A stretch of 64,000 nt of DNA from Planctomycetota bacterium. Its GTDB lineage: Bacteria > Planctomycetota > PUPC01 > DSUN01. The stretch is taken from positions 2,560-66,559 of the forward strand of contig DAOOIT010000021.1 of assembly GCA_035384565.1 (NCBI GenBank). Direction: 5' to 3'. Position 1 is the stretch's first letter, and each line of letters opens with the position of its first letter. Made by a program: the position numbers and the translations under genes. The notes under the pieces were generated by a model, which worked only from the letters and a program-made list of their open reading frames with translations, made no database searches and had not been told where the DNA came from. Below, one piece after another: positions 41,601-49,519 of the stretch.

Positions 41601-42698
41601 GGTGCCATCGGTGCGGTAGACTCCGGCGCTCTGGCGGACCTGCGCCGGCCCTCTGGCCTTCAGCGTGGCAATCTTGCGCCAGCCTGCCGCGGGTCGGGGG
41701 TCGGGATAGTCGTAGGCCCCAACGCACACGGCCTTGCCGCGGACTCGGAGAGGCCTGCCGTCGCGGTCCTGCGTCGGCTCGGGATCGATCTTGGCGCCCA
41801 CGGCCATGCCCGGGAGCCCTCCACCCCAAGCGGCTGCGGGGTCAATGCGCAGGTCGCCCCCGTCGGGGTCAACGAAGCTGGGGGGCACGTGCGCGCTCTG
41901 GCGGTCTTGGCCCGAAGCGGCGTCCCACTCATAGGGGTTGGCGATGGCCGGCACAGCGCCCCAGGGGCCGGTTGTGCCGGTGAGAACGTTGTGGCGGCTG
42001 GTCCAGGCGGCGGCGGAGACTTCGTCCGCAATCAGGTTCGAGTTGTTGGCCGCAAGGATCGAGTTGGTGATAGAGCCCCATCCGCACGCGAGCAGGAGCG
42101 CCCCGGCCGTGGACGAGCCGGTGATCGTGGCGTGTGTCACCCGCGTCGCCCGCGTGCCCTTGACGAATAACCCGATGCCGCAGCGGCGGAAGACGCAGGC
42201 GTCCACGCTCAGGTCTTCCGTGCTTTCCGTCGCCAGGCCGCGCGAGAGGCCGTCGAAGGTGCATCGCTCGACAGTGATTCCGAGACACCTCTCTGCCTTG
42301 ACCCCCTGCCCGGCCCCGCGGAACGTGAGGCCCGAGGCGACAAAGCAATGCAACCGATAGAGGTGGAGCGCCGGCTCCATCGGGTTGGCCGGCTCGAGGA
42401 CGACGGGGCCGGGCTTCTCGCCCGTGAGCTTGCCGCTCTCGTCGCCGGTGATCGCCATCGTCGAGCCGTCGGCGGCGAAGCGCTCGGCGAGGAGCGCGGC
42501 GCAGCGGTAGGTCCCCGGCCCAATCACGATGGAATCGCCGTGGTTCACCGCCTGCACGGCGCGCAGCACCGTGGCGAAGGCGGTCTTCGGCGTCTTGCCG
42601 TCGGCCTGATCGTTGCCGCTCTGGCGGACGAACCAGGTTTGGGCGAAGGCCGAAGAGGCGGCGAAGAACACGACAATGCATTGCAGGGCGGTTCGCAT
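38673..42698 (-). CDS. Giant secreted protein P1 (1341 aa): parallel beta-helix N-domain, beta-propeller-like core, CBM9/DOMON-like C-terminal module
   Basis: Signal peptide MRTALQCIVVFFAASSAFA. Pectin-lyase-fold repeats in residues ~90-230. The C-terminal module is related to the C-termini of P2-P4. Contains three copies of the 55-bp palindromic element. Confidence 0.6.
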   Translation of the reverse strand: MRTALQCIVVFFAASSAFAQTWFVRQSGNDQADGKTPKTAFATVLRAVQAVNHGDSIVIGPGTYRCAALLAERFAADGSTMAITGDESGKLTGEKPGPVVLEPANPMEPALHLYRLHCFVASGLTFRGAGQGVKAERCLGITVERCTFDGLSRGLATESTEDLSVDACVFRRCGIGLFVKGTRATRVTHATITGSSTAGALLLACGWGSITNSILAANNSNLIADEVSAAAWTSRHNVLTGTTGPWGAVPAIANPYEWDAASGQDRQSAHVPPSFVDPDGGDLRIDPAAAWGGGLPGMAVGAKIDPEPTQDRDGRPLRVRGKAVCVGAYDYPDPRPAAGWRKIATLKARGPAQVRQSAGVYRTDGTLVRTLLADAPRVADLYWDGLDDLGQPAPAGEYEVRSVSHDVRIVDDGAMGDNGAAMGAYHCDNADRVVALPDGGFVITTIYDEAGYPLRRYASSGQPIQATNFAEKDFTGGLALVGGVSGIVGGVSPRRDTRDGDVPPTKTREEDIPPTTPVEGFIGAVGKGEGTKLIRLTPSCERAKMANGADSYPVFAPGEKAPGGVAGVAVIGQTAFVGIPDLSLIRSIDLASGQKKRDWPLPGAGDVAADEKGALWALAGPVGGVSTRRDSRDGDVPPTKEVVSLRPDGSVGQRYATGLETPQYLAAGAGRLAVIDRKAAKVAWLDAASGKIIRTLGRERPKGEWTPVASDLFSDPRDAAITPDGRLLLCEHARLRCLWPESGAVAFEALSNFMDTAVVHPTQPEYVYCWPGIFRVDPKTGAWEWLVESPRGSVEVPGEKKPVSLSPGSPHGAVVLGGRPFIFYFSRHGKGDLLLLDVSDPLKPRTALDYDNRHKALGGWAYTTIAFTKGGDIIAGGHYSLEFKRIPFQGLDGQGNPTFDFDHPVTLGPKEDPSPRKMKCNAAITADRTTGDIYYLAVTDLYNKMVPGWGADGTGVGRSTPDGTPLWFALSSGGNYMSVSAVNDGKNAWIMAAKSFGGQVDLFNADGLRLATGNWSWPCNYSIGFVDLRYGVHAYLRPDGKPGAYVEDDAIGRFARLRVEGADTIERSVIRFTWNNPATQAGPPPLPDRTQGKPVERLLTIPRVPELKASGDWAPWENAGVMPQIVMLPTPGFRRSVPDDLWQTFRAGTAIGAIAHDGASLYAMFLVADDTMHFDDPKGNAMWQFDCVELWLEEEQFTLGMTSDGSPALFKHRHHNREGKEWAANYALPRDCIWAAKLDDLSSHPLGRHLGAVTGASFRGRPGYAVMARIPFAEVKLVGGIAGRGGKDILPTTGAPGEVVRVGVSLSCINAWGNEQDYKVNWPASLMFSDPTRSCPFAFGK
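40782..40836. repeat. 55-bp palindromic element (family 2), full copy, in-frame in P1
   Basis: tgtgggcgggacgtccccgtcccgcgaatcgcggcgtgtggacacgccgcccaca. Terminal inverted repeats tgtgggcgg/ccgcccaca. Encodes VGGVSTRRDSRDGDVPPTK. Confidence 0.65.
41155..41262. repeat. Cluster of one full and two partial family-2 elements, in-frame in P1
   Basis: Full copy at 41185-41239 (…cgcgtatcgcggcgtggagacacgccgcccaca) flanked by partial copies. Encodes GGVSGIVGGVSPRRDTRDGDVPPTKTREEDIPPT. Confidence 0.6.
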
Positions 42699-42726
42699 GT
42701 GGGCGCTCCCTGAAGAAGGGACGAAT

Positions 42727-42759
42727 AACCTCCCGCAGGTTCCAAACCTGCGGGAGGTT
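42727..42759. repeat. REP-like GC hairpin, copy 5, between the P2 stop and the P1 start
   Basis: aacctcccgcaggtt ccaa aacctgcgggaggtt is perfectly symmetric. Confidence 0.6.
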
Positions 42760-42764
42760 GGGGC

Positions 42765-45700
42765 CTACGGCTTGAAGATCAGTTCGCCCCAGTTGCGGGG
42801 CTCGAGCTTGAGTTCGAAGACCTCGTCGTTGACGATGCCGGTGGCCTGGTTGCTCCAGTGGGTGCGCAGCACGGTGTCTTTGCCCGCCGGGTCGCCGTGG
42901 GTGACGCCGAAGTCGCCGCGAAGGACCAACCCATCCCTTGGCTTGATGCCCAGTGCGGCCAGGGGAATGGCGGCCTGGACGGTGTAGCCCTTCCTGTCGC
43001 CGTGGGGCTTGACGGTGATCTTGGCATCGCCGATGACCGTGACGCTCTCGACCGTGTAGCCGTCGCGGACGACGCCGGAGTAGAACTTCTTGGGGGCCTT
43101 GTCGGCGGACTTCGGGCGGAAGAGGACGGCGGTGGGCGTGCCCTTGAAGGGGCCGATGGAGAGGCGCAGATCGCCGAGGACGGCTTCGGTCCGCTTCGGG
43201 TCGGCGGCGGGGTCGGTGCCGAGCTGGAAGTCCACGGTGTCGCCGCCGCAATAGAGGAACTCGGGGGCCTCGGCGCCGTTGACCCAGGGGGTGGCGTCCT
43301 TGACGTCCCAGGCGAGATAGAGGTTCGCGTCGTCCCACGCCGCGGCGGTGCGGACGGCGGCGTCATCCTGCTTCTTGTAGGCGGCGACCTCGGCGCCCTG
43401 GGTGTCCTTGTTGAAGTCGCCGGTGAAGGTGGGGGTAAGTTTCTTGATGGTGAGTCGTCGGGTGCCGACGGCCTCCTGGAGGTATTTCTCGCGGAGGGTG
43501 CGTGCTTGAGCGACTTCGGCGTCGGTGATGGTGAGGCGGCGGGGGTCTTTGCGGCCGAGGAGGCCGGGCAGGCCGCCGCGGCGGCCGGGCTCGAGGCGCT
43601 TCACGGTGTCGAGGCCGACGACGCGGATGTTCCAGAAGCCGGTCTTGCCGGCCTGAAGGTAGAGCTGGCCGTCGGGCGTGGCGGCGATGGAGCCGCCGAA
43701 GTCCTCGCCGCCCATGCCGGGCGGCACGTTGTCGAGGATGGCGCCGGGCTTGGCCTCGTCGGGGAAACGCATCTTCATCGGGTCGCCCTGGAAGAGGCGG
43801 GTGAGGTAGAAGCCCTCGCCGGTGAGGATGTGCCATTCGCCGCAGTTGGTGGGGATGACCCAGAGGTTGCCGATGGGCTCGGGGAGCCTGGCGGCGCCGC
43901 AGGGGCCGTAGGAGCCGCGAATCATGCCGACCTCGGGCGGCACGGCACGGTGGGAGCCGTGGACGCCGTTGAAGTTGTCGGGATAGCGCCAGATTTCCTG
44001 GCCCGTGGCGATATGGCCGCACTGGAACCAGGTCATGTCCACCCCATACTCGCCGCCCTTGAGCACGAGCGTGCCGTCGGCGGAGCCGAGGCCGGCGAGG
44101 GGCATCTTCGTGGGCTTGGCGAGGTCGTACTTCGGGGCGCCGCAGGGGGTGAAGCCGGCGACCTTGAACTGCTTGTCGCCGGAGTAGAGCGTGAGGTCGG
44201 GGGTCATGTTCATATACCAGCCGCTGAAGCGCAGTTCGCCGTCCACGCCCGTGATTTCGCCGGGCTGGCGCGCGCCGTCGCCGTTCTCGTCGGCCCAGAG
44301 CATCGTCCTGGCTGGCTTGACGTTCTGGCCGTGGCCGGTGGTGGGAATCTCCTTGCCGTCCTTGTCGGCGTAGAAGACGACGGTGCGGAGCCTCCAGTCG
44401 GTGTCGCCAAGGCGTTCGTAGACTTGGAGCGGGCCGAGGTTGTAGCTCCAGTTGGGTGCCGTGGCGAGGTAGAGACGCCCGTTGGCGCCGAGGGCGAAGC
44501 GCGCGTTGCTCATGCCCTCGCGGGTGATGGTGGCCAGGCACTTGTCGCGGCCGGTCTTGGGGTCGAGGCGCCACTCGCACGAGTGGCCGACCATGACGAG
44601 GGGGTCGAGGGGGTTGATGGCGCCGCCGAGGGCGCCGTAGGCGGTGGGGCCGAAGAACTCGCGGACGAGGGCGCCCGTCTCGGTGTTCCACACACTCACG
44701 CGCTTGGGCTTGTCGTCGGCCTCCATCGCCCAGAGCTGGCCTTTGGCATCCACGGTGAGCGCCTTGACGAACCGCATCCCGTCGGGCTGCCAGGGGCCCA
44801 AGAGCGCCCGCCCGCCTTTGCGGCCGATGGCCTTCAGCAGTTTGCCCTCGGAATTGTAGACGAGCACCTGGTTGTCGGGGTCGCCGACGGCGACGTAGGC
44901 ATTCCCCTTGGCGTCGAGGGCGATGGCGTTTGCACCCTGGAGGTTCTCGATGAAGGGCTTGGCCTCGCCGGTCTCGGGGTTGGTGGCGAGCACGGACTTC
45001 CAGCCCGAAACAACGAAGAGGACGCGGGATCTGTCGGACTTGTCCGACCCGTCCGACTTGTCGGGCCCCGCCGCCTCGATGTCCACGGGCGCGGGCACGG
45101 CGAGCTTCTTGAGGAGGGCGCCGCTCTTGCCGTCGAGGACGAGCACGGTGTCGCGCTTGGTGAAGCCGACGTAGACCCTGCCGCCGCGGGCGTGGAGGCA
45201 ACTCGCGCGCTCGCCCTTGTCGAGCGCAATGCCCGCGAGCTTGGCGGCATCGAGGTCGGTGGAGCCGCTGCCGGCCCAGTCGGTGAAGCCGCCGGTCTGG
45301 GCGTCGGCGCGGAAGAGCAAGCCGTCCCAGTTCATCGCGTAGACCGTCCCGCCGTCCACCGTGACGAGTTCGGCGCCGCTCATTCCGCCGCGGCTGAGGC
45401 GCCATTGGACGTTGCCGCCGAGGTCGCAGGCGACGAGGGCCTTGCCGGCCTCGGCGCCGGACCAGCCGAGATAGACCTTGTCTTTGTCGGCGTCGCAGGC
45501 GAAGGGCACGCCGTGGTCGCCGCCCCAGTTGGTCTTGCCGCTCGGGCCGTCCCAGGGCGCCGAGCCGCCGTTGCAGGCCCAGCCGACCAGGCGCAGGCCG
45601 ATGCCCTTGTGCCACAGGGCATCCCACGTGTAGGTGCCGGCGGGCACGGGCTGGCCCGGCTGCCGCCAGTTGGGGGTGGTCAAGCCGTCCCACTTGACGG

Positions 45701-46676
45701 TGTGCGTGCCCCTGGTGCGGAACTCGCAGTTGAGGAGCTGGCGGACGGCTCTCCCCTCGGCGTCGCGGATGTTGAGCGAAATGTAGCCGTCTTCGGGCAT
45801 GGTGAATGTGATCTCCTCGAAGCCGAGGAGTTCCTTGACCTTGATCAGCCCCGTCCAGTCAATGACCGGCACGCCCTGCTGCATCGTGGTGGGGAACTCG
45901 CGGGCGTCGGCGAGGCGGAGCTTGCGGGGCGTCACGTTGCCCCTGGCCTCCAGCGTGCCCGTGCCCCAGCACTGGCTGCTCATGAAGGTGAACACGCGGT
46001 CGGGCACGACGCCTGCCTTGAAGATGTCCTTGATCGTGATGCGGAACCGGGCCTCGGTGCAGAAATTGGGCTCGAGGGTGACGCCGATCTCATCGCCCGC
46101 CTTGGGCGCGCCGACCCCCTCCTTGCACAGGAGCCTCCAGGGGAGGGCGATCTCCTGGACGTAGCCCTTGCCGTCAGCGTTCTTGCGGAACTCCTGGGCG
46201 GCGCCGGCCGTCTGGGCGTCCTTCATCCCGCCCTGATCGAACTTCTTGCCGTAGGCGAGGTCAATCACGTCAATCCCGTCGCGGTCGATCCAGGCGGTGA
46301 CGTGGGTGGTGCGTTCCTTGTCGGGCTGGGTGGGCGCGGTGACGAGGCGCACCTGGAGGCAGTCGCCCGCGAAGCCATAGTCGCCCTTCGAGCTGCCGGG
46401 ATTGTTCATCGGCGTCTCGTCGAGCCAGCGGGCGAGGAGGTAGAGGTTTTCGGCGTCGTACATCAGGTGGAACCAGCAGGCGAGCTTGTCGCGCAGGTTC
46501 TCCACGTCGCCGCAGGCGAACACGCCGCCCGAGAGGTCCCAGTCGTCGGCCTTGCCGTCCACGACGACTTTGCCCGGTGCGGGCAGCACCTGGATGCCGA
46601 GGTTCTCGGTTTCAGTGGCCTCCGCCGCGAGCGCGAACAGAACGATGCCGAGGATGGCCGTGCACGGTCGTTGCAT
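42765..46676 (-). CDS. Giant secreted protein P2 (1303 aa): CBM9/DOMON-like modules at both ends, beta-propeller-like core
   Basis: ATG at 46676 with AGGAG upstream; signal peptide. N-terminal module (DGKADDWD...NLYLLARW) and C-terminal module (AAAWDDANLYLAWDV...) resemble each other. Paralogous to P3. Confidence 0.6.
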   Translation of the reverse strand: MQRPCTAILGIVLFALAAEATETENLGIQVLPAPGKVVVDGKADDWDLSGGVFACGDVENLRDKLACWFHLMYDAENLYLLARWLDETPMNNPGSSKGDYGFAGDCLQVRLVTAPTQPDKERTTHVTAWIDRDGIDVIDLAYGKKFDQGGMKDAQTAGAAQEFRKNADGKGYVQEIALPWRLLCKEGVGAPKAGDEIGVTLEPNFCTEARFRITIKDIFKAGVVPDRVFTFMSSQCWGTGTLEARGNVTPRKLRLADAREFPTTMQQGVPVIDWTGLIKVKELLGFEEITFTMPEDGYISLNIRDAEGRAVRQLLNCEFRTRGTHTVKWDGLTTPNWRQPGQPVPAGTYTWDALWHKGIGLRLVGWACNGGSAPWDGPSGKTNWGGDHGVPFACDADKDKVYLGWSGAEAGKALVACDLGGNVQWRLSRGGMSGAELVTVDGGTVYAMNWDGLLFRADAQTGGFTDWAGSGSTDLDAAKLAGIALDKGERASCLHARGGRVYVGFTKRDTVLVLDGKSGALLKKLAVPAPVDIEAAGPDKSDGSDKSDRSRVLFVVSGWKSVLATNPETGEAKPFIENLQGANAIALDAKGNAYVAVGDPDNQVLVYNSEGKLLKAIGRKGGRALLGPWQPDGMRFVKALTVDAKGQLWAMEADDKPKRVSVWNTETGALVREFFGPTAYGALGGAINPLDPLVMVGHSCEWRLDPKTGRDKCLATITREGMSNARFALGANGRLYLATAPNWSYNLGPLQVYERLGDTDWRLRTVVFYADKDGKEIPTTGHGQNVKPARTMLWADENGDGARQPGEITGVDGELRFSGWYMNMTPDLTLYSGDKQFKVAGFTPCGAPKYDLAKPTKMPLAGLGSADGTLVLKGGEYGVDMTWFQCGHIATGQEIWRYPDNFNGVHGSHRAVPPEVGMIRGSYGPCGAARLPEPIGNLWVIPTNCGEWHILTGEGFYLTRLFQGDPMKMRFPDEAKPGAILDNVPPGMGGEDFGGSIAATPDGQLYLQAGKTGFWNIRVVGLDTVKRLEPGRRGGLPGLLGRKDPRRLTITDAEVAQARTLREKYLQEAVGTRRLTIKKLTPTFTGDFNKDTQGAEVAAYKKQDDAAVRTAAAWDDANLYLAWDVKDATPWVNGAEAPEFLYCGGDTVDFQLGTDPAADPKRTEAVLGDLRLSIGPFKGTPTAVLFRPKSADKAPKKFYSGVVRDGYTVESVTVIGDAKITVKPHGDRKGYTVQAAIPLAALGIKPRDGLVLRGDFGVTHGDPAGKDTVLRTHWSNQATGIVNDEVFELKLEPRNWGELIFKP
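45031..45066. repeat. Four tandem 9-bp GTCGGAC-type repeats in-frame in P2, encoding DKSDGSDKSDRS
   Basis: ctgtcggac ttgtccgac ccgtccgac ttgtcgggc. Same 9-bp unit as the pdhA-pdhB spacer repeat at 26584-26628. Confidence 0.5.
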
Positions 46677-46688
46677 GATTCCGGGCTC

Positions 46689-47708
46689 CTATTGGGTCAG
46701 GCGGGTCTTCAGGGCCTCGAGCAGTCCATCGGGCGGCTCGCAGGGCAGCTCGATGGGCCTGTTCCGCAGCGCGCTGGTGTAGAGGCCGAGGATGGCGTTG
46801 AACTGCTCGAGCGAGCGCTCGAGGCAACACGGGTGCGGTTTCGCGGGGTCCTCCAGCCAGTCGAAGCAGGCCCCGGTGAGGCGGGCCTGGGCCAGGTCGT
46901 CCTCGACCCCATAGTGGTGCTCGCCGCGCTCGTAGCCCGCGTCGTGGGTCTGACGCTCCCACGACCACATCGTCCACTGCACGAAGCCGCGGGTGCCATA
47001 GACCGAGATGCGCTTGTGGTGGTAGCGGCTCTCCTGGGCGGTGGCCAGCGGGGCGCACAGGCCGCACACCATCATCGCGCTCACGGCGTTGGCGAAGCGG
47101 AAGCTGGCAGCGGCCATCGAGGGGGCCGGCTGACGCGACGCCAGGTCCTCGGCGCCGCCCACCTGGCCGAACACGCTGGCGAACGGGGCGAAGCCGTTGT
47201 AGCTGTGGGCCAGCTCCAGCACGTGCACGCCCTGGTCGAGCGGCGTCGAGCGGGCGGAGACGTCTATGAACCGCACCTCGCCGATGCGGCCTTCGGCCAC
47301 GTCGCGCTTGAGCTCGAGGTTGCGCGCGTGGAAGTGGAGTTGGGTGTTGACGGCGAACCTCGTGGGGCCGCGCTCGCCGAGGGCCCGGAGAGCCCGCCAG
47401 TCCTCGCCCTGGAGGGCGATGGGCTTCTCCACGATGGCCACGGGCACCCGGTGCTCGACGGCGATCGTCATCGTGGGCACGCGCAGGCCGGGCAGCGTGA
47501 CGATGTGCAAGAGGTCCGGCTTCTCGCGGTCGAGCATCTCGTGGGCGTCGCGGTAACGGGTGGCGACGCCGAACTCGTCGCCGAAGTCGTTGAGCCGCTT
47601 CTCACCGAGGTCGCAGATGGCCGCGATCTTGCCCCGCTGCACGGCCTTATAGGCTCGCGCGTGGCCTCGCGCCCGCGGCCCGCAGCCGAGGAATGCGCAC
47701 TTGAACAT
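46689..47708 (-). CDS. Gfo/Idh/MocA-family NAD(P)-dependent oxidoreductase
   Basis: ATG at 47708 with AGGAG upstream. N-terminal Rossmann fold AFLGCGPRARGHARAY and the family-typical HVLELAHSYNG helix. Confidence 0.8.
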   Translation of the reverse strand: MFKCAFLGCGPRARGHARAYKAVQRGKIAAICDLGEKRLNDFGDEFGVATRYRDAHEMLDREKPDLLHIVTLPGLRVPTMTIAVEHRVPVAIVEKPIALQGEDWRALRALGERGPTRFAVNTQLHFHARNLELKRDVAEGRIGEVRFIDVSARSTPLDQGVHVLELAHSYNGFAPFASVFGQVGGAEDLASRQPAPSMAAASFRFANAVSAMMVCGLCAPLATAQESRYHHKRISVYGTRGFVQWTMWSWERQTHDAGYERGEHHYGVEDDLAQARLTGACFDWLEDPAKPHPCCLERSLEQFNAILGLYTSALRNRPIELPCEPPDGLLEALKTRLTQ

Positions 47709-48423
47709 AACGTGCTCCTGAGAGAAAGTGTCGCGCTCCTGGAACAGGCACTCTAATCGAAGCCGCCGCGGGATGCAAGCGGGCGTGGGCCGCGGAGGCT
47801 TTGAAACCGCTGCTCCGGCCGCGAATCACTCTGCATTCCTCCGGGCAGCGACAGGCGTCTCGCTTGTCGAAAACGACCGCAAGCGGGACGCTTGCGGCTG
47901 CGTTGGAGACCCTGGCCGACGCCGCGTGGTTCCGGCCACGGCAAACTGATTCGCGGCCGGGGCAGTATCTCGGAACCCCCACGGCCTGCGACGCCGGCGG
48001 GGGCCACCCCAGAACCCCATGTGCCGCAATGCCTTACGCTCTCCGGCCATTCCCGCTCCATACTTGCTCATCCCGCAGATGAGCGAGTATGGCCGGAGCC
48101 GCGAGAATCGCCTATTCTCGCCCATCTGCCCATGCTGTATCACTTTCCCCCTCACAGGGTTGATACAGCATGGGCGCGCTGCGCCCCCAGGCACTCGGCA
48201 CGGCCCTCCCCAGAAACCGCCAGGGCCGCCAGGAGCAGACCTCCCCACGCTCTGCGCAGGCCAGTCGAACCAAGATCGCCAAACCCTGAAGAGCCGGTCT
48301 TGAGATTGCCTCTTTGCCCCTTGCTTCTGCATGCTCCGATCCGTATAATCGCGTAAGCGTCGTCGTGACGCCGGGTTGCAGCGGTGGTTCCCGCCTGTCA
48401 CGCGCATCGAGGAGGGTGAGCTC

Positions 48424-49464
48424 ATGCCAGAGCGGATGTCGAGGCTGCTGGCTCTCTGCGTTGACATTGACCGCACAGCCATCCAGACCTACAAGCGATT
48501 GGCCTCCGAGGAGCCGGACGAGCGCCTGCGCTCCTGCTGGGAACGCCTGGCGGGCGAGGAAGAACCGCATGCCCGGTACTGGTCGCGTCTGGCCCGCACG
48601 GCCGACGAGGGCCTCGCGCCGGTGCTCTTCGACGACCCGGACCAGGCGATCGCCGAACTCGAGGAGGTGGCGAGCGAAGTCAGCCGGGTTGCCGCCGGAG
48701 CGCGGGCGTCGGCAGATTCGCTCCAGCGCGCCCGTCTGAGCCTGCGCCTCGAGCTCCACCTGCTGCACCCGGCCTACGCCACGCTGCTGAATCTGCTCGA
48801 TGCGTTCGAGGAGGAGGCCCCCAAGGAGCGCCGCGCCGACCATCTCGACCGCTTTCTGATCGCGCTGCGGGATTACACCAGGAACGATCCCGATCTGGAG
48901 CTGGTGGCCAAGGCGGCGCGCCAGCTCTGGCTGCGCAACCGCGAACTCCTTCACGCGGCGCAGACCGATACCCTGATGGGGCTGTACAACTACCGCGGCT
49001 TCTGGACGGCGGCGCTGCCTCTCGCGAGCCTGGCGCAGCGGCAGAGGGAGCGGGTGGCCGTGCTGATGCTGGACGTGGACGGTTTGAGGGCGATCAACGA
49101 CACGCTGGGCCATGCGGCCGGCGACGACGTGCTCCGGGACGTCGCGGACGCCCTGCGCGACACCCTGCGCGACGCCGACGTGGCCTGCCGCATCGGCGGC
49201 GATGAGTTCGTCGCGCTCCTCGTGGGGGTGGACGACGCAGGGCTGCAAGCCGTCGTGAAGCGCCTCCAGGATGCAACGGCGGCCCTCTCGGTCTCCGGGC
49301 GTCAGGTCACGGTCAGCATCGGCGTGGCGGGGGGGCTGCTGGAGGGCGATGTCACCCAGGGCATCGAGTACTTCATGCGGGAGAGCGAGAGAAACATGCA
49401 CGCCGCGAAACGCGAGCGGATGGCCGAGGGGCCCGCGTGCGTAAGCGCGCTCGGGGTGTGCTGA
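48424..49464 (+). CDS. GGDEF-domain diguanylate cyclase with an N-terminal helical domain of unknown function
   Basis: ATG with GAGGAGGG upstream. RIGGDEFVAL active site, with the inhibitory-site-like RxxD context. Preceded by a ~700-bp structured intergenic region. Confidence 0.8.
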   Translation: MPERMSRLLALCVDIDRTAIQTYKRLASEEPDERLRSCWERLAGEEEPHARYWSRLARTADEGLAPVLFDDPDQAIAELEEVASEVSRVAAGARASADSLQRARLSLRLELHLLHPAYATLLNLLDAFEEEAPKERRADHLDRFLIALRDYTRNDPDLELVAKAARQLWLRNRELLHAAQTDTLMGLYNYRGFWTAALPLASLAQRQRERVAVLMLDVDGLRAINDTLGHAAGDDVLRDVADALRDTLRDADVACRIGGDEFVALLVGVDDAGLQAVVKRLQDATAALSVSGRQVTVSIGVAGGLLEGDVTQGIEYFMRESERNMHAAKRERMAEGPACVSALGVC

Positions 49465-49519
49465 CCGCCAGCGGTCGGTCCCCGGCCGGCGCCCGGAGAG
49501 ACGCGCCTCCCCACGCGAG

